From IMG/VR virus record IMGVR_UViG_3300017978_000189: a DNA stretch of 64,000 nucleotides. One strand, given 5' to 3'. Every line of letters starts with the position of its first letter. Positions within the stretch are counted from its first letter, which is position 1. Position numbers and translations under genes: made by a program. The DNA is from an uncultured virus (IMG/VR IMGVR_UViG_3300017978_000189). Taxonomy: Duplodnaviria > Heunggongvirae > Uroviricota > Caudoviricetes. A model generated the notes under the pieces. That model made no database searches. It was not told the DNA's origin and worked only from the letters and a program-made list of their open reading frames with translations. This document shows, piece by piece, positions 49,687 to 58,455 of the stretch.

Positions 49687-51755
49687 TCCAATTTAAGAAT
49701 ATTACCCTTCGCAACTTTCTATCAATCGGACAAGTAACACAAGCAGTATCATTTGACAAACAAGACTTAACACTGATTCTAGGTGAGAACTTAGACTTAG
49801 GTGGTGACGGTGCTCGTAACGGTACGGGTAAGACTACATTGATTCAAGGCTTATCGTATGCGTTGTTCGGTAACCCTATTAACGACATTCGTAAAGATAA
49901 CTTAGTTAACCGCACGAATGCAAAAAACATGCTGGTTACACTTGAGTTCAGTGCGAACGGTAAGGACTACAAGATTGAACGCGGTCGCAAGCCTAACGTT
50001 TTGAAGTTTTACGTTAACAACGAACTACAAAAACAAGAAGATACTGCACAAGGTGAGAACAAAGAAACGCAAGCAGAGATTGAAAAGGTAATTCATATGT
50101 CACGTGACATGTTTACCCACATCGTTGCGTTGAACACATACACTCAACCATTCTTAGCGTTGAAGAATAACGAACAACGTGAGATTATCGAACAGTTGCT
50201 CGGTATCACGTTGCTTTCTGAGAAGGCTGAAGGTATCAAAGAGTTAATGAAGTCTGTCAAAGACGACATTCAATCAGAAGAATTCAAAGTTAAAGCGGTT
50301 GAAGAAGCCAACAAGCGTGTTAAAGAACAAATTGACAGCTTGAAGCGCCGTAGTGGGTTGTGGAAAGCAAAGTACGATAGTGATTTAGCATACCTAGCTG
50401 ACACATACGATACTTTGGCTAAGATTGATATCGGTGCAGAGTTAGTTGCACACAAAGAACTTGCTATTTGGAATGAACACAAGAAGCATAAAGATACATA
50501 CGATGCATTAGTTGCTCGTCAGATTGCTTGGCAGCAAAAGCAAGAATCTGATATTGAAAAATTAGAGAACGATGCAATCAAGTTGAGTAAGATTGACATT
50601 GTTGTTGAAATCAATGCACATCGTCAATTGGCTGAGCATACATTAAAGCAAAAAGAATTAGATGACCGTGACAAAGAACTTGCACGATTGACTAAAGACA
50701 TTGACAAAGAAGATAAGCTAATCAAAAAGCTAGAACTCGAAGTTGAAAAACTAGAGGCTCACACCTGCTATGCATGTGGTCAAGATTTCCATGACGATGC
50801 ACACAAAGAAGTGTTAGACGGTAAGCAAGATATGCTACGTGAAGCACGTGCTCATGCTACATCACTATTGAATCAGTGGAATGAACTACGCAGTATTGAA
50901 ATCTTTGTGCCTGAAAAGCCAAAGACACATTACAAAACAGAAGCAGAAGCAATTCGTCACGGCGGCGACTTAGAAAACATTCGCACAAAGATTTTAGAAA
51001 AAGAAAAAGAAGTTGATCCGTACTGTGAACAACTAAAAGAGATGAACGTTGTTGATTTAGGTCCTCAACCAAAGACTCATTATGATACAGAAGCTAAGGC
51101 AGTTGAACATCGTAGCAAAGTTGCTAACGTAGAACATCAGCTAGAGACAAAAGCGCAAGAGACTGACCCATACACTGAACAAATCAATGAGATGGAAAGT
51201 CAAGCACTGCAAACTATCAACTTTGACAAGATTAATACATTGACAAAGAAGATGGAACATCAAAAGTTCTTGCTCGACTTGCTAACTAGCAAAGATTCGT
51301 TTGTTCGTAAGAAGATTATCGACCAGAACTTGAGTTACTTGAACTCACGCTTAACACACTACCTCGATAAGATTGGTTTACCACACAATGTCGTCTTTAA
51401 GAACGACTTGAGTGTTGAGATTACAGAATTAGGTCGTGAACTCGACTTTGATAACTTGTCTCGCGGTGAACGTAACCGTCTAATCTTAGGCTTGTCGTTT
51501 GCATTCCGTGATGTTTGGGAGAACTTGTATGTTCCTATCAATACATTGTTCATTGATGAATTGATTGATTCAGGTATGGATACAATGGGCGTTGAAAACT
51601 CTATTGCGATTCTAAAAGACTTGTCTCGTACTCGTAACAAGAGTGTTTGGCTCGTTTCACACCGTGAAGAACTCGCCGGTCGAGTCCCAAGTGTGCTGAA
51701 AGTCGTTAAAGAGAACGGGTTTACTAGCTACAACACTGCTACAGATATAGAATAA
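49683..51755 (+). CDS. gp46: Recombination ATPase (gp46 / Rad50 / SbcC-like)
   Basis: NGTGKTT Walker A, CYACGQ zinc hook, LSRGE signature, LFIDE Walker B, VSH. Confidence 0.95.
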   Translation: MIQFKNITLRNFLSIGQVTQAVSFDKQDLTLILGENLDLGGDGARNGTGKTTLIQGLSYALFGNPINDIRKDNLVNRTNAKNMLVTLEFSANGKDYKIERGRKPNVLKFYVNNELQKQEDTAQGENKETQAEIEKVIHMSRDMFTHIVALNTYTQPFLALKNNEQREIIEQLLGITLLSEKAEGIKELMKSVKDDIQSEEFKVKAVEEANKRVKEQIDSLKRRSGLWKAKYDSDLAYLADTYDTLAKIDIGAELVAHKELAIWNEHKKHKDTYDALVARQIAWQQKQESDIEKLENDAIKLSKIDIVVEINAHRQLAEHTLKQKELDDRDKELARLTKDIDKEDKLIKKLELEVEKLEAHTCYACGQDFHDDAHKEVLDGKQDMLREARAHATSLLNQWNELRSIEIFVPEKPKTHYKTEAEAIRHGGDLENIRTKILEKEKEVDPYCEQLKEMNVVDLGPQPKTHYDTEAKAVEHRSKVANVEHQLETKAQETDPYTEQINEMESQALQTINFDKINTLTKKMEHQKFLLDLLTSKDSFVRKKIIDQNLSYLNSRLTHYLDKIGLPHNVVFKNDLSVEITELGRELDFDNLSRGERNRLILGLSFAFRDVWENLYVPINTLFIDELIDSGMDTMGVENSIAILKDLSRTRNKSVWLVSHREELAGRVPSVLKVVKENGFTSYNTATDIE

Positions 51756-51788
51756 TTTTGGGCAGCAGTTTCAAGTATAAGTAGTTAT

Positions 51789-52328
51789 ATGTCATCACCA
51801 CAGAAAAACAAAGGATCAGGCTACGAGAGAGAAGTTGCAAAATTTCTCTCTGAGACTTACGGGGAATCGTTCATTCGTGCCCCTGGATCCGGCGCTTATG
51901 TTGGTGGCAAGAATCAAGCAAGAACCCAATTCTTGCACGAAGGTCAGATTCGTTCATTCAAAGGAGACATTGTTCCAGGACAAAGTTTCACAAAGATGAA
52001 TGTAGAATGCAAATTCTACGCTGACTTTCCGTGGCACTTAACTCTTACGGGTGAGTGTAAACAACTTGATTCGTGGCTAGAGCAACTACTTGACGTAGAA
52101 GACGAAGGCGACTTGAACATTCTTTTTATGAAGTTTAATCGCAAAGGTCAATACGTTGCTGTCCAAGGTAAACACACATGGATCACAGATAATTGCATAC
52201 TTTACAGTAGCAAGAAATGGGGCGATTGGGTAATCATGGAGCACTCTAGCTTTTTCAAACACAACACAGAATTAGTAAAAACTTATTCAACATCAGACAC
52301 CACGTCAAAACAAAACAAACCAACTTAA
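51789..52328 (+). CDS. PD-(D/E)xK nuclease, Holliday junction resolvase-like
   Basis: KGSGYEREVA, GDI and VECK motifs. Confidence 0.75.
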   Translation: MSSPQKNKGSGYEREVAKFLSETYGESFIRAPGSGAYVGGKNQARTQFLHEGQIRSFKGDIVPGQSFTKMNVECKFYADFPWHLTLTGECKQLDSWLEQLLDVEDEGDLNILFMKFNRKGQYVAVQGKHTWITDNCILYSSKKWGDWVIMEHSSFFKHNTELVKTYSTSDTTSKQNKPT

Positions 52329-52339
52329 TACATAGTAAA

Positions 52340-52700
52340 AATTTGTCGTCAGAGTTTGTCTGACCTCCTTGAAGATGCTTAATAGCTGATGGAACTGGAG
52401 TATAGCGTGTAATGGTGACATTACTCGGAACACCGAGAAGGCAATCGACAAAAGCGAACCTTCAATGAGTCTATAATCTACTCTGTCTTGATGATTATAG
52501 AACATGCGTTGCTGAACGAAACACTTAGAGTGCGTACTTCAACTACAGACCAGCAAACCTTACAGGGCAACCGGTGGCATTAAGTGGCAATAGTAGCCGA
52601 CTTAATGGGTATAGACGGCAAAGGATGACGGGCATGGCAAATCCCTTTTTTTGGTAGTGCTTGAACAGCACTACCATGGCTTCAAAGCGGCAATATGTTT
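52340..52700. ncRNA. Candidate large structured ncRNA (unassigned family)
   Basis: Non-coding; multiple stems (52348-52364, 52409-52424, 52424-52437, 52471-52500, 52578-52607, 52652-52676) plus long-range complements. Confidence 0.5.
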
Positions 52701-52757
52701 CCCATGAAGTAAGATAGAAGTTAAGATTATATTTCCATATAAAAAGAATCTAATACA

Positions 52758-52821
52758 CTTTCCGAACTTAGATTCTGAGCGAAGCGAAGAATTAAGTGAA
52801 GGAAGATGAGCGAAGCTCATC
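52758..52821. other. Two stem-loops carrying GCGAAGC (candidate origin/priming signal)
   Basis: GCGAAGC at 52779-52785, in the loop of an interrupted stem, and at 52810-52816 within GATGAGC-GAA-GCTCATC. Confidence 0.4.
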
Positions 52822-52874
52822 AGTAAGTATATCCCTTAGATAAATGAATAGGTACGGAATGATAGACCGAACTA

Positions 52875-53108
52875 TTAGAAGAATGGCAAATTAGAATTCT
52901 TAGTGGTTTCTAAGTTTTCTTCGATAATCTTATTAATGGCTTTTCGTTCTTCAATCGATAGGTTCAACACATCAGTGTAACTAATACCCCCGCGCATGAA
53001 CCAAGACATTTTAAGACTATCATTCTTAATGTCTATGCAATCCTTCTCCATTGAATCTAACAGCTTCTTAATTCCCTCGGAGTCAAGGGACAGAAGCCTT
53101 AGACGAAA
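52875..53108 (-). CDS. gp51-like small ORF; probable -1 frameshift extension of 53099..53926 (alternative own ATG at 53051)
   Basis: Not in the ORF track. Open -1 frame FRLRLLSLDSEGIKKLLDSMEKDCIDIKNDSLKMSWFMRGGISYTDVLNLSIEERKAINKIIEENLETTKNSNLPFF*; slippery T-TTT-TTC at 53111-53105. Confidence 0.75.
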   Translation of the reverse strand, partial: FRLRLLSLDSEGIKKLLDSMEKDCIDIKNDSLKMSWFMRGGISYTDVLNLSIEERKAINKIIEENLETTKNSNLPFF

Positions 53109-53926
53109 AAATCAGAAACGTTGATACTGAACGGTTGTTCGTAATCATGTTGACATGCAACACATTTGATTTTCAATGGTTTACTTTCAGTACTTTGCTT
53201 CAACATAATACTGTGCTTTTTGATGTGTTCAAATGCAGTAACATCAATGTTATTTAGGAATTCAACCAAGTGTACTTTATCCATTACAGTTGCTGTTGGA
53301 ACCTTGATGTATTCGATACTCTCAGATAACATTTGTGTAGAAAGAGTATTCAATTCGAATAGAATCTGTTTGGATTTTTGATTTCGTTCGTCATCATCGG
53401 TAATCAACGACAAGCCTTGAATTCCCTTTTGAAATTGAAACTGCTTCATGCTAGTTTGGTTAATCAGTTTGAATGACAATGGTTTGAACTTAATCTTAAT
53501 GTCATTACCCAAGCTCAGAGGAGTCTCGTAATCACCAGGAGAGAACGAACCTAACACACCTGAAAGATTGATATTATAGCCAGAAGTCTCGTCACACTTA
53601 GGACAAGATGAACTTAACTCCATACTTCCACCGTGGGTTGCAGTTTTGATAGCAACTAAGATAGGGTCTAAGTCTACGTTTGATACGCTCCATGGATCCT
53701 TGATGTTTGGGGCGCAACTTTTGATAATTTCCACGACTGCGTTTCCGTTGAACAATGCATCGGGTGTTCGTGCAGTAATCTCGTCAATTGCAGTCATTGG
53801 ATAGATAGGTATTTCACCGTTCTCTGGTAAGTCTAGTGAACCCTCTGGGTATCCTGCCCCGCTTGATGGTAGTTTTAAGAATACTGACGGTCTACGGAAA
53901 TATTGTTGTAATGGATTTTGTTGCAT
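53099..53926 (-). CDS. gp26: Baseplate hub / tail assembly chaperone (gp26-like)
   Basis: LPS.G..YP, PMTA.DE, D.D.IL.AI..AT.G, two CxxC motifs, C-terminal DFF. Confidence 0.75.
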   Translation of the reverse strand: MQQNPLQQYFRRPSVFLKLPSSGAGYPEGSLDLPENGEIPIYPMTAIDEITARTPDALFNGNAVVEIIKSCAPNIKDPWSVSNVDLDPILVAIKTATHGGSMELSSSCPKCDETSGYNINLSGVLGSFSPGDYETPLSLGNDIKIKFKPLSFKLINQTSMKQFQFQKGIQGLSLITDDDERNQKSKQILFELNTLSTQMLSESIEYIKVPTATVMDKVHLVEFLNNIDVTAFEHIKKHSIMLKQSTESKPLKIKCVACQHDYEQPFSINVSDFFV

Positions 53927-53997
53927 TTTTGCTCCTAAAAACGCACTTTCATGTTGTGCTAAATATATCTAATGCCCATTATTTATAGTTGGAATCC

Positions 53998-56304
53998 ATG
54001 AGTGAAAATATAAACCTAGAAGATATTAGAAAACTATCAGAAGAAGTTAACTCGCTAGTTAATAGCGGGATGATCCCACTCAATGATGGTACCAAGAAAG
54101 TAGTTGACAAATTTACCAACCTCGCTGATGCAGTCAGTAAGGTTGAAATGCAAAATTTTGGTAAGTCAGTTAAAAGAGTATCAGACGCATTGGATGATGT
54201 AACTGATGCAACAAAAGATTTAATTGAAAAAGAAGAAAAGTTAGCAGATGAGTTTGGTCTGCTCACTGGCGGCGCACTGAAGAAGTTTGGTAAGGAATTA
54301 TTAGGTGCCGCAGGCGAATTCTTGTCAGCGATGAATGGTGCTAGTACTGGTACCGGCAAGTACGCAAGAAGTGTTGAGCACGTTGGTCGTGCTACCAAAG
54401 ACTTAGCAAGTAATTTTGGTACATATGGTGAGATTGCGGGATGGTCTGCTGACAAGATGGCTCAGTTTGCGGCAGAAAGTTTAAAGCAAAATGATGTTTT
54501 AAACAAGGCATTTGAAAACCTAGCTAAATTTGGTCAAATCGATACGACTGACTTTAGAACAATGCTCGACCAGTTTCATCAAGCTGGATTTGGCTTGGCG
54601 GATGTTGAATCATATCTACAATCTGTTAACAAAGCCTCATCTGAACTTGCAATGTTTGGGTCAACTGCTGCCCAAGGTAGAAAAGCGTTTGACGGTGTAC
54701 TATCAGAGCTAGTTTTAAATGAAGAAGAACGAACCCGCTACATGCGTATGGGTTATAGCGTTCAGGATATCATTGAGAGTTCTGCTGGTGTTATGTCTAG
54801 TGTTGCATTATCTGCTAGAGGAATGAAGTTAGATACCGCTGCCCTGCATAAAATTACAGGGGAGTATCTAGAAACTCAGGCAGAGTTAAACTCTCTTACT
54901 GGTGGAAACCGTGATGATTTATTGAAAGCAAGACGAGCACAGGAAGAAGACGTTGGCTTTCAAATGTACCTAACGTCTTTGTCAAAAGACCAAGCAGAGC
55001 AAGCTCGTAATACAGCCGCAGCGTTTGGAAAAGAGTTCGGTAGAGATATGCAAGTTGCAGTACAGCAATTTCTTAGAACTGGTGGCAATGTCTTTGGTCC
55101 ATTGTCGAGTACGTTATATAAAACAGTTGGTCCTGGGGCTATGCAACAAGTTCTTGCTGCCCAAAATGCAACAGGTGAGAATAAAAATAAAGCAATCATT
55201 GATGCAATGTCAAGTGTGGGTAAGGGTGTCTTAGCAACAGGTAAAATGTACGAGACAAACATCCAGGCTTCTAAAACAGGCACATTGCCCGGTCTGATGC
55301 AAACCGCTGATATTTACAAAGGTGCAGTCAAAACAAGCACAATGGACTCTCAGTATTTGGCTGAGTTTGCTAGGATGCAAGCAGAAAGACCTGAAGACGA
55401 CAGAAGAAAAAAAATGTCGGAGTTGTATAGCAGGGAACTAGAATTCAAGCAGGTAACTGACAAAGCAACGTATGCAATGGGAGAAATTGCAGTTAAGTCT
55501 ATCACTGCGATGGCAGGCGCAGCAGATAAAGCGACTGAAGCATTAGCAAAACTTGGAGATAAAGTCGGGGTAACTAATAACTGGAAGCCTAACCAAACTT
55601 CAGGTGGTAAAACACAAGATACTAGTAGCAATAGAAGCCCTTCAGCCGCTGCAAGTGGGCAAAATGCCCCAGTAGCTTCACTTGAAGGCATACCGATGAA
55701 GTCTGGTGCACACACTAGAGAACAATTGGATGCAAGATTAGCCGAAGTCATGCAAAAAGTCTCGAAAGAAATTCCTGGATTTAATCGTGTCACCGCAGTA
55801 AACGATAGAACTGATCCTAGTTCAATGCATAGCAAAGGTAAGGCATTTGATTTTACTATTAATAATCCTACACCTGAGAACTTAGATGCAGCTATCAAGG
55901 TCTTGAGAAGTCATGGTCTGAAAGTTGCAGATGAATACAGATATCCCATCCCTGGAAAAACAACTGGACCTCATTTACATGCTGCATTGCAAGGTAGAAC
56001 TGGTGGTATTTTCTCTGGACCTAATACTGGATATCAAGTTGAGTTGCATGGTAAAGAAGCAGTTATCCCAATGAGTAATCTTAAATCGATGTTAGGTGAT
56101 AAATCTAAAGGGGATGATTCTGTTACTAAGCACATGTTGTCTAATCCAGGTGCTGCATCATCCTCACCGATGACCCATTCTGATTCAGGTATGCTACGTC
56201 AACTAATGAACTTGTTAGTCGGTCGATTAGATGATATGATTTATGAATTGCAAGCAGCAAATGGAGCTTCTGCTAAGATTGCAAAGAACACAAAGAAGAA
56301 GTAA
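53998..56304 (+). CDS. Tape-measure-like protein with C-terminal M15-type metallopeptidase motif
   Basis: Ala/Gly-rich helical body; SMHSKGKAFD (HxxxxxxD) and GPHLH; GG...GP..GY.VELHG.EAVIP. Start uncertain (TTG 53989 or ATG 53998). Confidence 0.7.
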   Translation: MSENINLEDIRKLSEEVNSLVNSGMIPLNDGTKKVVDKFTNLADAVSKVEMQNFGKSVKRVSDALDDVTDATKDLIEKEEKLADEFGLLTGGALKKFGKELLGAAGEFLSAMNGASTGTGKYARSVEHVGRATKDLASNFGTYGEIAGWSADKMAQFAAESLKQNDVLNKAFENLAKFGQIDTTDFRTMLDQFHQAGFGLADVESYLQSVNKASSELAMFGSTAAQGRKAFDGVLSELVLNEEERTRYMRMGYSVQDIIESSAGVMSSVALSARGMKLDTAALHKITGEYLETQAELNSLTGGNRDDLLKARRAQEEDVGFQMYLTSLSKDQAEQARNTAAAFGKEFGRDMQVAVQQFLRTGGNVFGPLSSTLYKTVGPGAMQQVLAAQNATGENKNKAIIDAMSSVGKGVLATGKMYETNIQASKTGTLPGLMQTADIYKGAVKTSTMDSQYLAEFARMQAERPEDDRRKKMSELYSRELEFKQVTDKATYAMGEIAVKSITAMAGAADKATEALAKLGDKVGVTNNWKPNQTSGGKTQDTSSNRSPSAAASGQNAPVASLEGIPMKSGAHTREQLDARLAEVMQKVSKEIPGFNRVTAVNDRTDPSSMHSKGKAFDFTINNPTPENLDAAIKVLRSHGLKVADEYRYPIPGKTTGPHLHAALQGRTGGIFSGPNTGYQVELHGKEAVIPMSNLKSMLGDKSKGDDSVTKHMLSNPGAASSSPMTHSDSGMLRQLMNLLVGRLDDMIYELQAANGASAKIAKNTKKK

Positions 56305-56322
56305 TTCGATTGCGGGATAACA

Positions 56323-56330
56323 GATAAATA
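56323..56330 (+). promoter_or_regulatory. Late promoter GATAAATA (representative copy)
   Basis: T4-late-like TAAATA core. Other copies at 2093, 11875, 19920, 20706, 36573, 39963, 40446, 47622, 53980 (minus) and 53958, 58111, 58411, 62354, 62832, 63231 (plus), all upstream of and oriented toward gene starts. Confidence 0.8.
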
Positions 56331-56335
56331 TCATT

Positions 56336-58108
56336 ATGTCATATAAGAAGCGTTTTTCCAACACAACAGGGCAGTCTAGCCCAATCTCAGGTGCTAACAG
56401 TAACCACGGTGCGTGGAACTTCGGCAATAATTCTGACCCTTCTTTGGGTACTCAGCAGTTTGGCTATCGTAACTATCAAAGTCGCTTGCCAGAAGTCTAT
56501 ACAGGTCATCCAAACCGTATCGAAAGATACAATCAGTATGAAATGATGGACGTTGATGCAGAAGTTAACGCATGTTTAGACATTATTTCTGAGTTCAGTA
56601 CACAGAAAAACGACCAAAACAACACACCGTTCGAAGTTTTATTCCATGAAGAACCAACTCCCCATGAAGTTGAATTGATTAAGAAGCAACTACAACAGTG
56701 GTGTAAACTAAACGAGTTTGAAACTCGTATGTTTAAGATTTTCCGTAATACTATCAAGTACGGAGACCAGATTTTTATTCGTGACCCAGAAAACTTCAAG
56801 TTATACTGGGTTGACATGGTCAAAGTTAGTAAAGTTATCGTTAATGAAAGTGAAGGCAAGAAGCCTGAGCAATACGTTGTTAAAGATATCAATCCTAACT
56901 TAGAAAACTTATCAGTTGCACAGAAAGTATCCAATGACTTTGCAGCGAACCCTGCTACTGGCTTCGGCGGCACAGGTGGCGGTGGTGGCTCACAGGGTTA
57001 TACTGTTCCAAGTATGCCAGCAGGTACTACTGGTTCACGTTTTGCAATGGCAATGAACGAATCAGCGATTGATTCAAAGCACGTGATGCATTTATCACTA
57101 ACTGAAGGTCTTGACCGCTTCTGGCCGTTTGGTCAGTCAGTGCTTGAAAACATTTTCAAAGTCTACAAACAAAAAGAATTGCTCGAAGATGCGATTCTAA
57201 TCTATCGTATATCTCGTGCTCCAGAGCGCAGAGTGTTTAAGATTGACGTGGGTAACATGCCATCACATATGGCTATGGCTTTCGTTGATAGAGTAAAGAA
57301 TGAGATTCACCAGCGTAGAATTCCATCTACTCAAGGTGGTGCTTCGATGATGGATGCTACATACAATCCATTATCAATGAACGAAGATTATTTCTTCCCA
57401 GTTACTGCTGATGGTCGTGGTTCTGATGTAACTACACTAGCAGGTGGTGCTAATTTGGGTGAGATTGATGACTTGCGTTACTTCAATAATAGATTGGCAC
57501 GTGGTTTAAGAGTTCCTTCTAGCTATTTGCCGCAAGGTCCGGAAGACAATCCTACTCCATTGAGTGACGGTCGTGTTGGTACAGCGATGATTCAAGAATT
57601 TCGATTCAATGAGTATTGCAAACGCTTACAAAACTACGTAAGTCAGAAGCTAAATGAAGAATTTAAGTTGTTTATGCGTTGGAGAGGGTTTAATATTGAC
57701 AGTGCGTTGTTTGATATTAAGTTTAACAACCCGCAAAACTTTGCTTCTTACCGTCAATCTGAACTAGATACAGCACGTGTATCAGTATTTCAAACTCTTG
57801 AGCAATTACCTTACATTAGTAAGCGTTTCGCTATGGAACGCTTCTTGGGCTTGAGTAAAGAAGAAATCGAAGAAAACTCTAAGTTGTGGTTTGAAGAGCG
57901 TGAAGAGCCAGCATCAGATGATGCTAAAGGAAGTGATTTGCGTAGTATCGGTATTAGTGCAGGTGACCTTGATACTGATACAGAAGATGCTGAATCAGTT
58001 GAAGATATGCCAGATGATGGCAGTATGCCACCTGAAATGGGTCCGGCAGTTGGTGGAGCTGAAGCAATGCCAGCAGGCGGCGGTGTACCTCCCCCTCCTC
58101 CAGTCTAA
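56336..58108 (+). CDS. gp20: Portal protein (gp20-like)
   Basis: LEDAILIYRISRAPERRVFKIDVGNMP, EDYFFP...GRGSDVTTL.GG.NLGEIDD and LRVP.SYL motifs. Confidence 0.95.
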   Translation: MSYKKRFSNTTGQSSPISGANSNHGAWNFGNNSDPSLGTQQFGYRNYQSRLPEVYTGHPNRIERYNQYEMMDVDAEVNACLDIISEFSTQKNDQNNTPFEVLFHEEPTPHEVELIKKQLQQWCKLNEFETRMFKIFRNTIKYGDQIFIRDPENFKLYWVDMVKVSKVIVNESEGKKPEQYVVKDINPNLENLSVAQKVSNDFAANPATGFGGTGGGGGSQGYTVPSMPAGTTGSRFAMAMNESAIDSKHVMHLSLTEGLDRFWPFGQSVLENIFKVYKQKELLEDAILIYRISRAPERRVFKIDVGNMPSHMAMAFVDRVKNEIHQRRIPSTQGGASMMDATYNPLSMNEDYFFPVTADGRGSDVTTLAGGANLGEIDDLRYFNNRLARGLRVPSSYLPQGPEDNPTPLSDGRVGTAMIQEFRFNEYCKRLQNYVSQKLNEEFKLFMRWRGFNIDSALFDIKFNNPQNFASYRQSELDTARVSVFQTLEQLPYISKRFAMERFLGLSKEEIEENSKLWFEEREEPASDDAKGSDLRSIGISAGDLDTDTEDAESVEDMPDDGSMPPEMGPAVGGAEAMPAGGGVPPPPPV

Positions 58109-58123
58109 GAGATAAATAATACT

Positions 58124-58348
58124 ATGAAATTATTTGAAATGTACGCTCCAGCCGTTGAAGGTTATCAAGACACCAGTCAAGATAACAGTAAAATCAAATG
58201 GAAAGAGACAAGAAAATCTAAGCTAACTTTACGTCAAATACGTAAGTTGCGTAAGATGATGGACGTTCGTAACTACGAAAAAGTATCCAACCTCAAGAAA
58301 GTTCGTACACAATATAAGCCGGTAAATCCCGAACAACCAGCACTATAA
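58124..58348 (+). CDS. Small basic head-region protein
   Basis: 74 aa; own late motif 5 nt before the ATG; followed by a terminator. Confidence 0.75.
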   Translation: MKLFEMYAPAVEGYQDTSQDNSKIKWKETRKSKLTLRQIRKLRKMMDVRNYEKVSNLKKVRTQYKPVNPEQPAL

Positions 58349-58378
58349 TCGCATATTCTAAGTGAAAATGCAAAAAAC

Positions 58379-58402
58379 TAGCACTTAATGTGCTATTTTT
58401 TT
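58379..58402 (+). terminator. Intrinsic terminator
   Basis: TAGCAC-TTAAT-GTGCTA followed by T7. Confidence 0.7.
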
Positions 58403-58455
58403 GTATACTCACTAAATATTTTTACAAAAGCCATTTCTAATCAGGAGACAAAACA

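Noticed and set aside
52305..52505. 66-aa minus-strand ORF
   Set aside because: No SD or recognisable motif; overlaps the resolvase end and the structured region.
52330..52870. RNase P RNA, group I/II intron or hammerhead ribozyme
   Set aside because: Short RNase P-like words occur (GGCATGGCAAATCCC, TAGATAAATGA), but I found no GAGGAAAGTCC core, no group I P7 GACTA/TAGTC pair, no group II domain V and no CTGATGA...GAAA core.
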